A DNA stretch of 64,000 nt from a virus. The stretch is taken from the IMG/VR virus record IMGVR_UViG_3300020450_001021, positions 20,641 to 84,640 of that record; one strand, given 5' to 3'. Positions within the stretch are counted from its first letter, which is position 1. Each line of letters starts with the position of its first letter. Made by a program: the position numbers and the translations under genes. The notes below the pieces were generated by a model that had not been told where the DNA came from, searched no databases, and saw nothing but the letters and a program-made list of their open reading frames with translations. Below, one piece after another: positions 1-9,919 of this stretch.

Positions 1-32
1 AACGTGACCATTCTTTTTAAGAGTGAGAACCT

Positions 33-395
33 TCATAACTTTTGCAGTTCAGATAAACAGTATTGATCTACCATGACGGTATCCTTAGCATACTCTGGGT
101 ATCTACTCATGTATAGCATGAATGCTTTTAGTATAGACCAGTACTCAGATGATATTTTGTAAAATAATAAAGGGGTAGCCGCTTCACCAAAAACATTGTA
201 TATGATGATTAAGTGATTCAGTATCAAGTGAAGTTTTAATACTCCACTATTTAAATACGTCTTCAACAATCTCTTAAGATATTTAAATCGTTTGAGATCA
301 TCATAGAAATCCTCCTTCGTTACCGCTTGAGGATTATTATAATGTTTTATAGCAAAGAATAGATAATTGTCTTCATTCAATTCATCAAATTTCAT
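33..395 (-). CDS. conserved T4-like phage hypothetical protein (120 aa)
   Basis: Clean ORF, co-oriented and 7 nt downstream of the 195-aa gene; resembles a widespread T4-like hypothetical (FAIKHYNNP...DLKRFKYLKRLL) by recollection. Confidence 0.6.
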   Translation of the reverse strand: MKFDELNEDNYLFFAIKHYNNPQAVTKEDFYDDLKRFKYLKRLLKTYLNSGVLKLHLILNHLIIIYNVFGEAATPLLFYKISSEYWSILKAFMLYMSRYPEYAKDTVMVDQYCLSELQKL

Positions 396-402
396 TTACA
401 TA

Positions 403-990
403 TTAAGCGATACTTAGTGTTTTGTCTGTGCCAGAACCACCTGCTCCACGTACGTCGCCAGTAGCGATAGTAACGTCAGCAACTTGTGCTCCTTTATCTT
501 TGATAGTAGAACTACCTGCTAGAGTAATGGATTGTGCTCCAATACTTAGAGTTTCTGTTTGTGATGGAACAGTGAAATCAAACTCTAAACGGTTTAATCC
601 TGTACCACGTGCATAGGTTGCAGTAACTGCACCTGTTGTAGATCCTGTAACAACCAGTGTAGGGTTGGAAACAGCAACATCAACAAGTTCGTTATATACC
701 ACAACAACAGTACCAGTGTCACCTTGTGAAAGAGATTCTTGCTCAAAGAATACTCCAGTAATATTTGCAGCACCAAGACCTTCAGTAGTTGATGCACCAC
801 CTGCTAGACCACCAATAGAAACTAAGATTTCATCCCAGAATCTTGCAGTGTTTTTGTCGCTACCTTTGTAGTGACGTAGAACCCATCCTTGCTCAGTTGC
901 AAAGCAATCCTCAGCAAGACCGTTCTTATTTACGTTGTCGAGATATTTGGGTTTCGACTCGTCTGATGTAGTTTTTCCCCAGAGAGGCAT
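403..990 (-). CDS. putative virion structural protein, Ig-like beta-rich C-terminus
   Basis: MPLWG N-terminus typical of cyanomyovirus virion proteins; G/T/V-rich beta-strand C-terminal half; GGAG RBS and late promoter upstream. Confidence 0.5.
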   Translation of the reverse strand: MPLWGKTTSDESKPKYLDNVNKNGLAEDCFATEQGWVLRHYKGSDKNTARFWDEILVSIGGLAGGASTTEGLGAANITGVFFEQESLSQGDTGTVVVVYNELVDVAVSNPTLVVTGSTTGAVTATYARGTGLNRLEFDFTVPSQTETLSIGAQSITLAGSSTIKDKGAQVADVTIATGDVRGAGGSGTDKTLSIA

Positions 991-1029
991 TGATTTACTC
1001 CGTAATTATACAAAATTAATTTCTGTAGA

Positions 1030-1037
1030 TATTTATA
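1030..1037 (-). promoter_or_regulatory. T4-type late (gp55) promoter TATAAATA
   Basis: Exact TATAAATA on - strand about 40 nt upstream of the ATG at 990. Confidence 0.75.
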
Positions 1038-1061
1038 AAAAATAGGAGGGTCACCCCTCCT
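1037..1061 (-). terminator. intrinsic terminator
   Basis: AGGAGGG-GTGA-CCCTCCT hairpin (GNRA loop) followed by ATTTTTT, just after the 64-aa ORF. Confidence 0.8.
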
Positions 1062-1072
1062 GTTGCTAGTAA

Positions 1073-1267
1073 CTAGCGTGTTTTTAATGCACCTTTAACT
1101 GCTTCTAATAGTTTATCATCTGCGGTAGTTTTGGTCAACTTAACTGCCTTCTCCAGAACTATGATACAAATGTCGATGAGTTTCTCACCTAACTCTGCGT
1201 CATCTGGAATCTTATTTACTGCATCTGATACTATTTTTTTAGCAAAAGGTAATAGAAATGATAACAT
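1073..1267 (-). CDS. small amphipathic helical hypothetical protein (64 aa), late
   Basis: ORF between a late promoter (1291-1298) and a terminator. Confidence 0.6.
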   Translation of the reverse strand: MLSFLLPFAKKIVSDAVNKIPDDAELGEKLIDICIIVLEKAVKLTKTTADDKLLEAVKGALKTR

Positions 1268-1289
1268 GATCTAAAAAATAAAGTCATTT

Positions 1290-2456
1290 CTATTTATAAC
1301 CCATTTTCTTTTTTTTCTTTCCGTACCCTTCATACATCTTTTCCACTCTCTCTTTGTAACGTGCTCTAAGTTCATCCAAATGATCTCTTAGTTGCTCATT
1401 AACTCCGTCAGCATATTTCATACCTTTCTGCTTTTTCTTTTGATGTACGTGTCCTGTATCAACCTTATCAACCTTTTCCTCTTCCTTAACACAGTTTGGT
1501 ACTTCTTTACCACCTTTTTTCTTTGTACCTTTTGCTTTGTACCCATCCCAACAAGTAGATGCACCAACGTTTTTACGTGCTTGTTTTAAACCCTCTACAT
1601 TAAGTGTCTTAGGATAGTCCTTGTCACCTTTCTTTGCAGGTTTCTCTCCTCTCTTTCTCTTTGCATGGATATTATCCCAGAGACCTTTCTTACCTTCTTC
1701 TACATTAGATGGTGTACCGTCACCATGCTCAAGTACTTTACCATCTTCATCTTTCTGATGATGTTCTTTCTTAAGACCTTTCTTCTTTGCCATCGCTTTT
1801 TTGATAGCTTTATCTCTGGATCCAAAATACTCATCCTTACCAGATTCTATTTTACCATCACCATCATGGTCTTTGGTTGCCATTTTTTCATCAAGAACTT
1901 CTTCCTTAACTGCTTTATTAGCACCTTTAAGTTTCTTGTTCTTGTCAAATACCTGATCCATAGGGTCAGTATTGTCTTTAATTTGTGGTGAAACTTCCAC
2001 AAACTTAGATGTTTTCTCTGATAATTCAGATCTCCAATTTGAATACATTTTTTCTTCGGTACTCCTATGATTATTATTTAGCATTTCTTCAATGCCTTTG
2101 TCTTTGTCAGTTTTTGGTATATAATTACCCTCTTTCCACATGTCATACTCAGATCCACGTGCCATATCTTTAGTAAATTGTCTGAATCTATCAGTTCCTA
2201 CTAGACGATGTTTTGCACTTCTACCTTGACCTTTACCTAGTCCATTATATTTATTAGCAATGTTTACTTCAGTAATGTCTTGTGCCCATGCTCTAAACAT
2301 ATCACCATCATCAGTGACAGCAATAACATAATTAGGACCACGACGATGAACTTTACCTACCTTATCTCCATATTGGACATAAGATCCTTCTTCAAATAGA
2401 TTTCCGTGTCTATAATGAGTACGTTTTGCCTCACTATTAAAGTTAGAAAATTTCAA
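1290..2456 (-). CDS. Lys/Glu-rich modular protein, probable internal head protein
   Basis: TTG start overlapping the previous TGA; small N-terminal beta domain (VGKVHRRGPNYVIAVT..MFRAW), then short basic modules separated by L/V-x-E motifs; DHDGDG loop. Confidence 0.5.
   Translation of the reverse strand: MKFSNFNSEAKRTHYRHGNLFEEGSYVQYGDKVGKVHRRGPNYVIAVTDDGDMFRAWAQDITEVNIANKYNGLGKGQGRSAKHRLVGTDRFRQFTKDMARGSEYDMWKEGNYIPKTDKDKGIEEMLNNNHRSTEEKMYSNWRSELSEKTSKFVEVSPQIKDNTDPMDQVFDKNKKLKGANKAVKEEVLDEKMATKDHDGDGKIESGKDEYFGSRDKAIKKAMAKKKGLKKEHHQKDEDGKVLEHGDGTPSNVEEGKKGLWDNIHAKRKRGEKPAKKGDKDYPKTLNVEGLKQARKNVGASTCWDGYKAKGTKKKGGKEVPNCVKEEEKVDKVDTGHVHQKKKQKGMKYADGVNEQLRDHLDELRARYKERVEKMYEGYGKKKKKMGYK
1291..1298 (-). 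promoter_or_regulatory. late promoter TATAAATA
   Basis: Exact motif overlapping the end of the 388-aa gene, 24 nt upstream of the ATG at 1267. Confidence 0.7.
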
Positions 2457-3589
2457 ATTTCTTGATTATTCCTTCCCTCTATATATGCTTCTGGAAATAT
2501 ACCACCCCTGACACCACTTACGGTATCAGTCATGTATCTTACTGATCTGGTAGATTCTCCTCTTCTAGCACCAAGAACAGGTCTATAACCTGTCCTATCT
2601 AATTGATTAATATTATTTCTATGTACGTTTTTACTATTAAATGATATGATTAGTAATGCTCTACTACTTACATTTTTCTTTGGTCTTGTTCTAGAGATAG
2701 TAACATTACCTTGCATGAAGTGAGTACAACTATTATGCCCTACATTACCACTATCATAATCAGGACCAAATATTGCTTTACTTTTTAATTCTTTCTTGTC
2801 AATTTTTCTTGAGAAGGATTGATTTTTAAAGTCATCTGTATTTTTACTAGCAATTACTTTTCTAAAATCTTCTACTTCTGAATCATTATGTATGTTACTA
2901 CCTGCAGCAATTGATATACCAGAGTATTGTTGAAACTGTTTAGGACTAGTACCTTTTTTATGTGATATAAAACATAGTTCATTTAGATCTTTATCTATAC
3001 CAACAAAATCTGCATGCTTTCCAGTTTCACCTGGTATAAATCCAATAATATTTTTATAAACATTGTTTGGTTTAAGAATAATATCTACTGGTGATTCGTT
3101 TCCTAATTTGTATATGTTTTGATTGATATGATATAGTATACCATGCTCTTCAGATGTATCTGGTGATCTATTTTTATATCTTTTTGACCATTTTTTCTCA
3201 TCCATTAATGGATTAGTATATCGTAAAGATCTAAATGCATTAATGTTTTTATATTTTACTATAATATAGTATGTTATCTTATCCTTAGTAAATTGTACAT
3301 GTCCCATACCAGATAAATTACTATTAACTAGGTGTTTAGGATTCATTTTTGATTTAGAAAGAGCAGTATATATCTGTTGCATCAAATCATATCTACTAGA
3401 ATTAGATACAAATTTAAAAGTAATTGTAGTTTTATATTCTTTTTTATTATACTTCTTAGATGTCCCTTTATTATAGTAAATAGTATACTCTCTTGCAGGT
3501 AACTTACTATTAAAAACACTCCGAACCTCATCAATAGAAGAGTTCAAAGTGTTTATTTTTTCTTCAGTTTTTTTGGTAGCAGTTACCAT
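2453..3589 (-). CDS. hypothetical protein with possible PD-(D/E)xK-like nuclease domain
   Basis: Basic 378-aa ORF with HADFVG...ISHK...FQQYSG pattern; ATAAATA late-type motif at 3603-3609. Confidence 0.4.
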   Translation of the reverse strand: MVTATKKTEEKINTLNSSIDEVRSVFNSKLPAREYTIYYNKGTSKKYNKKEYKTTITFKFVSNSSRYDLMQQIYTALSKSKMNPKHLVNSNLSGMGHVQFTKDKITYYIIVKYKNINAFRSLRYTNPLMDEKKWSKRYKNRSPDTSEEHGILYHINQNIYKLGNESPVDIILKPNNVYKNIIGFIPGETGKHADFVGIDKDLNELCFISHKKGTSPKQFQQYSGISIAAGSNIHNDSEVEDFRKVIASKNTDDFKNQSFSRKIDKKELKSKAIFGPDYDSGNVGHNSCTHFMQGNVTISRTRPKKNVSSRALLIISFNSKNVHRNNINQLDRTGYRPVLGARRGESTRSVRYMTDTVSGVRGGIFPEAYIEGRNNQEI

Positions 3590-3605
3590 GACCTTTTATT
3601 TTTAT

Positions 3606-3818
3606 TTATCTTCGGATCTCTCCTCCTTCATGTCCATGTGCAATACCAAGTTCATGCATTCTAGCATGTTCTTTTATTTGATCCTTAAGATCTTTACCAC
3701 CTCTACCAAAGGTAGTGTAGATACCATACCCTAGAAGTGCAAGCACACATACTCCTATGAATACTAAGAAGGCAGCACCCCCTTGTAAATTAGCATGTGG
3801 TATTAATGTCATTAACAT
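3606..3818 (-). CDS. psbN: PsbN-like single-TM protein with His-rich tail
   Basis: TM helix ending GYGIYTTFG then LKDQIKEH, matching the PsbN pattern GY.IY.AFG...L.D...EH. Confidence 0.65.
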   Translation of the reverse strand: MLMTLIPHANLQGGAAFLVFIGVCVLALLGYGIYTTFGRGGKDLKDQIKEHARMHELGIAHGHEGGEIRR

Positions 3819-4222
3819 TAGCGGTCACCTCTCTTTCTTTTCTCTGATTTATCTATAGAAAAACTACCACCAGGATATCTTTTCTCTAGTTTTTTAACAT
3901 TGCCTTTTACTACATCATCAAACTCTACTTCTAATGCAATACACGCTTGTGCTACGTACCACATAACGTCACCCAACTCAATAATAAGATGTTCTCTATT
4001 GTCGTTGTTCCAAGGTTTGCCTTGAAATACCATCTTCTTAACGATCTCCAAAAACTCACCACTTTCAGCAGCAAGACCAACACCAGCAGTGGTAAGACGT
4101 TCAATATTGGCACCTTGTCTGTCAAGATCACCCAAACGTTCAGCAAGATCGACAAAATTCTTACTGGAATCGGATGTGACACCATCCACGAATAGAAGAT
4201 ACTTATCAAAATCTATTGTCAT
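3818..4222 (-). CDS. mazG: MazG-like nucleotide pyrophosphohydrolase
   Basis: GLAAESGEFLEIVKK and ELGDVMWY motifs; usual position after g41 in cyanomyoviruses. Confidence 0.92.
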   Translation of the reverse strand: MTIDFDKYLLFVDGVTSDSSKNFVDLAERLGDLDRQGANIERLTTAGVGLAAESGEFLEIVKKMVFQGKPWNNDNREHLIIELGDVMWYVAQACIALEVEFDDVVKGNVKKLEKRYPGGSFSIDKSEKRKRGDR

Positions 4223-5619
4223 ACTTTTAAGTTTTTAAACTTTTGAAATTTAGATAGAATACTCGGTTTAACTTCATCAGAACTAACCTTTGTAATAACT
4301 GTTGTACTAATAGGTTGTTCTATGATGTCATCTTGAGCACTTTGTTCTACATCATACAGCTTCATTTTAGATCTGTCAACCCCTACAGCAAAACGTTTAT
4401 TCATAGTAGGATCGTTGTATCTATTCTTTAACTGTTTGACTAAAATTTGTCCTAGTTGTTCTGATTCCTCAGTAGAAATAAGAGCGAACATAAAATCAGC
4501 AGTTGCAGGAAGACCAAATGATTCAGAGGTATCGGTAAGATCAACATCACTACTACCGTAACCACTACGAGTAGTTTGAGTTGCACTAATAATCGGAACA
4601 TTCGTCTCGACAGCGAGACCTCGAAGTTCTTCAGCAATTGCTTTAACATAAGTATAGGAGTTAACAACAGCACCTTTAAATCTTTGTGATGCACAGATAT
4701 TTAGATAGTCAACGAATATAAGATCAGGTTTAAAACTTGTTTTTAATGTTAGTTCATTTAGTAATGCCTTAAAATGTCCTACATGTGCAGATGCAGTAGG
4801 GTATTCTTTAATGATTAACTTTCCTTGTGTTTTTTTCATTAACTTATTTACCTTACTCTCAAATATTTGCTTAGGTAAATCAGCAATCTCTTGTATATTA
4901 ACACCCAATAAGTTAGCATCTATTCTCTCTGCAATCTTTTCTTCAGACATTTCACAAGTAATATACAATACATTCTTACCTTGTAGTAATGTTGCTGCAG
5001 CAACGTGACACATGAATAAAGATTTACCAACACCTGTACCTGCAAGTGCTACATTCAATGTTTTATTTGATAATCCACCCTTAGTAATCTTATTGAACAT
5101 AGTAAGATCAAAAGGTATCTTCTCTTCTATTTTATTATAGAATTCAAATCTTTCTTTATAGTTAGAAAAGTAATCATGACCTATACGATTATCAAATGAA
5201 ACAGCAATAGCATCTGAAAGTATAGATGGTATAGCACCTTTATCTTTTTTAGGATCTTTACCATCTGCTATTTGTATACTCTCTAATAATGACAGATATA
5301 TTGCTCTATTTCTACACCATTCTTCTGTAGAATCTACTAACCATTTTTGATCTAGTTTTTCATTAGTAACTTTATCAATAGATTCAAGAGAAGATTTAAA
5401 CTGTTGATCAGTTAAACTACTACTGTTCTGTAAATCAATTGCTAATGATTCTTTAGTAGGACATTTCTCATACTTATCAATAAAATTTGATATCAATCCA
5501 AATAATAATTTATTAGGTTCTTCTTCAAAGTATTCTTTCTTTAGATATGGAAATGCCTGACGACGAAATTGATCATTCGTCACCAAGTTATTCAATATTG
5601 TAAATTCAAGTGAGTTCAT
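4219..5619 (-). CDS. 41: replicative DNA helicase gp41
   Basis: Walker A AGTGVGKS, IFVDYLNI, SATQTTRSG, QLKNRY motifs. Confidence 0.96.
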   Translation of the reverse strand: MNSLEFTILNNLVTNDQFRRQAFPYLKKEYFEEEPNKLLFGLISNFIDKYEKCPTKESLAIDLQNSSSLTDQQFKSSLESIDKVTNEKLDQKWLVDSTEEWCRNRAIYLSLLESIQIADGKDPKKDKGAIPSILSDAIAVSFDNRIGHDYFSNYKERFEFYNKIEEKIPFDLTMFNKITKGGLSNKTLNVALAGTGVGKSLFMCHVAAATLLQGKNVLYITCEMSEEKIAERIDANLLGVNIQEIADLPKQIFESKVNKLMKKTQGKLIIKEYPTASAHVGHFKALLNELTLKTSFKPDLIFVDYLNICASQRFKGAVVNSYTYVKAIAEELRGLAVETNVPIISATQTTRSGYGSSDVDLTDTSESFGLPATADFMFALISTEESEQLGQILVKQLKNRYNDPTMNKRFAVGVDRSKMKLYDVEQSAQDDIIEQPISTTVITKVSSDEVKPSILSKFQKFKNLKV

Positions 5620-6149
5620 TAAATGTAATTAAGGTAGGTGCTAAAGATATATTTGTCCTCCGATATAGTAGGTTGACCTTGGTGTGGAACCATCCATAAT
5701 GGAGGAAATATTATTCCTCTTCCCCTCTTTGGTTTTAGTTTCTTATTGATGCCTAGAAAGTTGGTCTCTCCACCCTCTTCAACATCATTTAAATACACTA
5801 AAAATGCTAAGAATCTTTTTGCAGAAGCATGATCTCCTACATCTACATGAGGTGCAAATTGATCTTCAGTATTTTTATAATACTTTTTGATTCTAGCAAA
5901 CTCCCAAGAGAATTTCTGTGGTAACCATTGTTCACAACCAACCGTTTTAACATACTTATCCAAGAATGGAGCAACTCTCCATATCATTAGTTCCATCATT
6001 GATTCTTCAAATTCAATCTGATGAAATCTAGGTTTATTATCGTTGTTTTTAAATTCTGGTTTACCTTTGTTAAAGTAATCTATTAGTTCTTGACAGTATT
6101 CATCATCAAATATGTCATACACTCTAATAAAATCTTCAACTGTCTTCAT
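5619..6149 (-). CDS. 2OG-Fe(II) oxygenase
   Basis: HVD...YLNDVEEGGET...PH..K jelly-roll motifs. Confidence 0.88.
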   Translation of the reverse strand: MKTVEDFIRVYDIFDDEYCQELIDYFNKGKPEFKNNDNKPRFHQIEFEESMMELMIWRVAPFLDKYVKTVGCEQWLPQKFSWEFARIKKYYKNTEDQFAPHVDVGDHASAKRFLAFLVYLNDVEEGGETNFLGINKKLKPKRGRGIIFPPLWMVPHQGQPTISEDKYIFSTYLNYI

Positions 6150-7159
6150 TGGTCATACTTAAATTCTTTAGAAGCAACTTCATCTAGTGCTTGCATTATT
6201 TCTTTCGTGAAATATTTGTTAGGATCGGCAAGAATAGCAGAAGGATAAACGGAAGATTCGCCAACAATAATCCTGTTACCTTTACGTTGGAAGATTCCAT
6301 GCTTCTCACCCAATTCCAATAACCCATAATATTCGTCCAGTCCCCTTGAGTCAAAAAATAATCGTGTTGCAATTTGAGTGTTCTCCTTTGTTAAACGTGA
6401 TTTGTATGTTTTAACCTTTATAATATTACCAATAATCTCTCTACTACTATCCTTTTCTTTTGACTTTGTTAGAGTCATAATAGTAGATGCTGCATATTTT
6501 AAACCACTACCACCACCCATATCAGTTGGGTCTCCATAAGGATTCATCGTTTTATATGTATGATTTGTCACTATCATAGGTATTTTTAACTTACCTAATT
6601 TACTAGTGATAATTCTAAACACAGATTTAATTGTCTGTGATTTAGTCATGTCTCTAACTTGTTTATCATCCATTGCATCTTGTAATTCTTTTTGAGATGC
6701 AAGCATACCAAGAGAATCTAATATGATTAGAAGTGGTTTCCTATCTTTCTCATTTGTTTTAAGAAGATTATCAAGAATACGTATCATTTGAGTACGAAAT
6801 TCTTCAATGGTATCTATTGGAAAATGCCATACCCTAGAAGGATCTAGACCACGATCTTTAAATAAATCTGGTGTTGCAGCTGCCTCACTATCAAAGTAAA
6901 ATACTGCACCATCAGGGTGATCATTAAGAAAAGTACTAGCAATACCTATAGCATAAAAAGTTTTACCTGTTGCTTGTTCACCTGCTATAGCAGTTACTCT
7001 ATTGTTTGGTATACCACCATAAATACTGCCACTTAATTGTGCATTTAATATGTAAGAACCTGTACCTATAAACCCTTGTTTATCACCAGACGTTGACTCT
7101 GATACAAGTTTTGCATAATCATTTTGTGCTTCTTTAGCAAGTGTGTCAAAAATACTCAT
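6146..7159 (-). CDS. uvsX: RecA-like recombinase UvsX
   Basis: AGEQATGKT, FDSE, DSLGML, MGGGSGLKYAAS. Confidence 0.95.
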   Translation of the reverse strand: MSIFDTLAKEAQNDYAKLVSESTSGDKQGFIGTGSYILNAQLSGSIYGGIPNNRVTAIAGEQATGKTFYAIGIASTFLNDHPDGAVFYFDSEAAATPDLFKDRGLDPSRVWHFPIDTIEEFRTQMIRILDNLLKTNEKDRKPLLIILDSLGMLASQKELQDAMDDKQVRDMTKSQTIKSVFRIITSKLGKLKIPMIVTNHTYKTMNPYGDPTDMGGGSGLKYAASTIMTLTKSKEKDSSREIIGNIIKVKTYKSRLTKENTQIATRLFFDSRGLDEYYGLLELGEKHGIFQRKGNRIIVGESSVYPSAILADPNKYFTKEIMQALDEVASKEFKYDQ

Positions 7160-9675
7160 ACGAATAAAAACTCCAAATTACTTTCTTTTTTTGTTTTCCA
7201 TCCTATTACATCAAGGATGTTTTTAAGAGGTGTGATAAATGATTTTTCAAATTGTGTTTTGTAATCTATTTGATCACTTACCTTTGGTATTTCTCTAGGA
7301 AATTGTTGAATGAATGACATAACATTTTGTCCTAGTACATTAGGTTCTTTCAAGTATACATACTTGATTTTCTCACCCTCTTGAATAATAGGATATTTAT
7401 GTGTCAACCTATTAATTTTAAGTTGATGATTATACAAGAGTGCTCCTCTTACATGAATAGGACAACTTTTCTTATACAGAGTAACAGGATCTGACCATTT
7501 TGTCAACCCATTCACACTCCTAGGAAATGATATATCCTCAGGTGGCATACTATAAAACTCTGCTCTAAAATCATCTATAAATTTTATAAGATCTTCATTC
7601 TCTTGTGTCATTATAATATTAAGAGCATCTTTAATCATCTTTCTACATGGTGCAGGTGTAGATGATTTAATTGCTTCAATACCCATCATCTTTAACTTTG
7701 CTTCTTCATATCTAACACCTTCACTATCCCATACATTAAGAATGTATCTCTTCTTAGCAGTCCATATACCTTTATCGGCAATGTTCTCCCTTTTCATAAC
7801 CATTTTTTGATCATACGCAGATACGTACGTCGCCAACTCCTGATAACAGGTGTCAATGTACGGTTCCAATTTGTCTTGGCAGATCTTATCCAATATGGAA
7901 ACAATCTTTGTTTTGTCACTAGACCTATCACTAAAAAATTTATCAACAAGAGGTCCAAGGTTAAGATAGATTGAGTCGGTGTCAGATGCAATGACATAAT
8001 CTTCTCCTTCTGTTTTGAGAACTTTATTAAGATACTCATTCATCTTATTTTCTATCCAACGAATAGAAACTTGACCAGATAAGGTTATTGCTTCAGCGTT
8101 TACTACTTTATAATATCTAAAGTATTGATTACCGATAGCACCATAGGCAGAGTTAAGAGAAATCTTCTTTGCCATTTGAATATTATTACAACGAGTTATT
8201 TCTTTATCCAATTCTTCAGTTGGATTCTTTTCGTACTGTTGTTTTGCTTGTATCATTTTCTTTTTAAAAATGACACGTTCATCATAATACTTTTGCATTA
8301 GTTCTGGTAAGAACCCCCTTTGTGTGGTGTCATATAAAGCACCATTAGCACAAACAGTTGTATTATCTAAATCACTAAAATCTATTTCCTTATCTAATAT
8401 TCTATCTACAGTTGCTGATGAATGTCTATTGGGCATCAATGTCTCAGGTGAGATATTGTATTGCATTATAAGATGTGGGTATAGTGAATTTAAATCAAAG
8501 TTAACTACCCAATCATATAATCCTGGTTTTGGTTCCTTTACATATGCACCTGCATACTGAGTATTTTTATCTGACCTTTCTATTGGTGGAATTACTATAC
8601 CTTTCTTTTTAAGAAAATTGTATATAATACTATCCCATGTACGTACTTGAGAATATACATCATCATAGTTAACTTTAGCATCATATGCCATAGTTAAAAC
8701 TAATTCAATTAATTTCATCTTGTCTTCCAGACGGTCAACAAGTTCTACGTCATGTATATTATATTCTACAAATTTTTGCCAATCATTATTATAAAATTCT
8801 TTGAAAGTATCATACTCTGTATGTTCAAGTTTCTTTTGACCTAACTCTTGCTGTGCTATGTAATCTAACCTGTAAGATTCTTGTGCTTTATATGTAAATT
8901 TCTTATAAAGATCAAGATAATCTAAGACACTTAGACCAATAATATCATAGTATATATGATTCCTACCTCGTATCTCTATCTCTTTTTCATACACTCTGTT
9001 CCATGGAGACATAGATCTTTGATGTTTAGAAGATAAAACTCTTTCTATTCTTCTACACATATACGGTATATCAAATAATTTTACATTCCATCCTGTAATA
9101 ATATCTGGAGTATTCTCTGCCCACCATGCTAAGAAATCTTTAAACATATCTGCTTCATTCCAGAAGACACGGTACTCAGTATCCTTAGGAGTAAACTCTC
9201 TAGTACCCCATGTAATAATTTTCTTAGTAGTAAAATCTTTTATAGAAAAACACAAAATTTCCTCTGAGGTCTCGGCAACATTTGGAAAACCGTTCTCAGA
9301 GGTTGTCTCTATATCAAGAGTGTATATTTTTAATTGTGATGGATCATATTCCATCTGTTCCTGTGGGAACTTAGAACTTATAAACTGATATAAGAATCTA
9401 TCATTACCATATATTTTAAAATTATCAACATACTTATACTCATCAATAAATTCTCTAGCATCTTTAACACCAGAAAATTTTATCTCTTTAACATAATGAC
9501 CTTCTAAGGTTTTGTAATTTGTCTTTTCATTGCATCTAGCATACAAAACTGGAGAGAAACTTTCTTTATATTGAACACGTTTACCGTCTTCATAACCAAT
9601 ATAAAATATTTTATCTCCAGAGAGATATACGTTGCTATAAAAATTCGGATGTCTCTGGGACTTCTTCTTCATCAT
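7156..9675 (-). CDS. 43: family B DNA polymerase gp43
   Basis: Exo LDIETT; pol FDLNSLYPH, KISLNSAYG, SDTDS, KKRY. Confidence 0.97.
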   Translation of the reverse strand: MMKKKSQRHPNFYSNVYLSGDKIFYIGYEDGKRVQYKESFSPVLYARCNEKTNYKTLEGHYVKEIKFSGVKDAREFIDEYKYVDNFKIYGNDRFLYQFISSKFPQEQMEYDPSQLKIYTLDIETTSENGFPNVAETSEEILCFSIKDFTTKKIITWGTREFTPKDTEYRVFWNEADMFKDFLAWWAENTPDIITGWNVKLFDIPYMCRRIERVLSSKHQRSMSPWNRVYEKEIEIRGRNHIYYDIIGLSVLDYLDLYKKFTYKAQESYRLDYIAQQELGQKKLEHTEYDTFKEFYNNDWQKFVEYNIHDVELVDRLEDKMKLIELVLTMAYDAKVNYDDVYSQVRTWDSIIYNFLKKKGIVIPPIERSDKNTQYAGAYVKEPKPGLYDWVVNFDLNSLYPHLIMQYNISPETLMPNRHSSATVDRILDKEIDFSDLDNTTVCANGALYDTTQRGFLPELMQKYYDERVIFKKKMIQAKQQYEKNPTEELDKEITRCNNIQMAKKISLNSAYGAIGNQYFRYYKVVNAEAITLSGQVSIRWIENKMNEYLNKVLKTEGEDYVIASDTDSIYLNLGPLVDKFFSDRSSDKTKIVSILDKICQDKLEPYIDTCYQELATYVSAYDQKMVMKRENIADKGIWTAKKRYILNVWDSEGVRYEEAKLKMMGIEAIKSSTPAPCRKMIKDALNIIMTQENEDLIKFIDDFRAEFYSMPPEDISFPRSVNGLTKWSDPVTLYKKSCPIHVRGALLYNHQLKINRLTHKYPIIQEGEKIKYVYLKEPNVLGQNVMSFIQQFPREIPKVSDQIDYKTQFEKSFITPLKNILDVIGWKTKKESNLEFLFV

Positions 9676-9919
9676 CTTGTGGTGGGACTGTCAATTTATA
9701 TTTTTCCAGAAGATCTGGATCAGGATCTACAATTGTAGCAATAAAATCAGAATAAAGCAAGACGTTTCTTTGACCGCCATATTTTGGGAATGATTCTAGG
9801 TTTCCATTTACTATTTCCATTGGATCTGCAAGGAAACAAGACGGTTCCATTTCCATCTCTTGTATATAAGAGATGACATAAGCACCATTCTTAAGTAGTA
9901 GGAGTTTTACTGTTTCCAT
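9635..9919 (-). CDS. small Sm-like/beta-barrel hypothetical protein
   Basis: Likely start METVKLLLLKNG at 9919; same K-hydrophobic-K-x-G N-terminal pattern as its neighbours. Confidence 0.55.
   Translation of the reverse strand: METVKLLLLKNGAYVISYIQEMEMEPSCFLADPMEIVNGNLESFPKYGGQRNVLLYSDFIATIVDPDPDLLEKYKLTVPPQDDEEEVPETSEFL

Noticed and set aside
1290-2456. Calling the 388-aa protein a cytidyltransferase because its N-terminal domain resembles the tail of cyanophage proteins with that annotation
   Set aside because: No HxGH nucleotidyltransferase domain is present; only the accessory domain is
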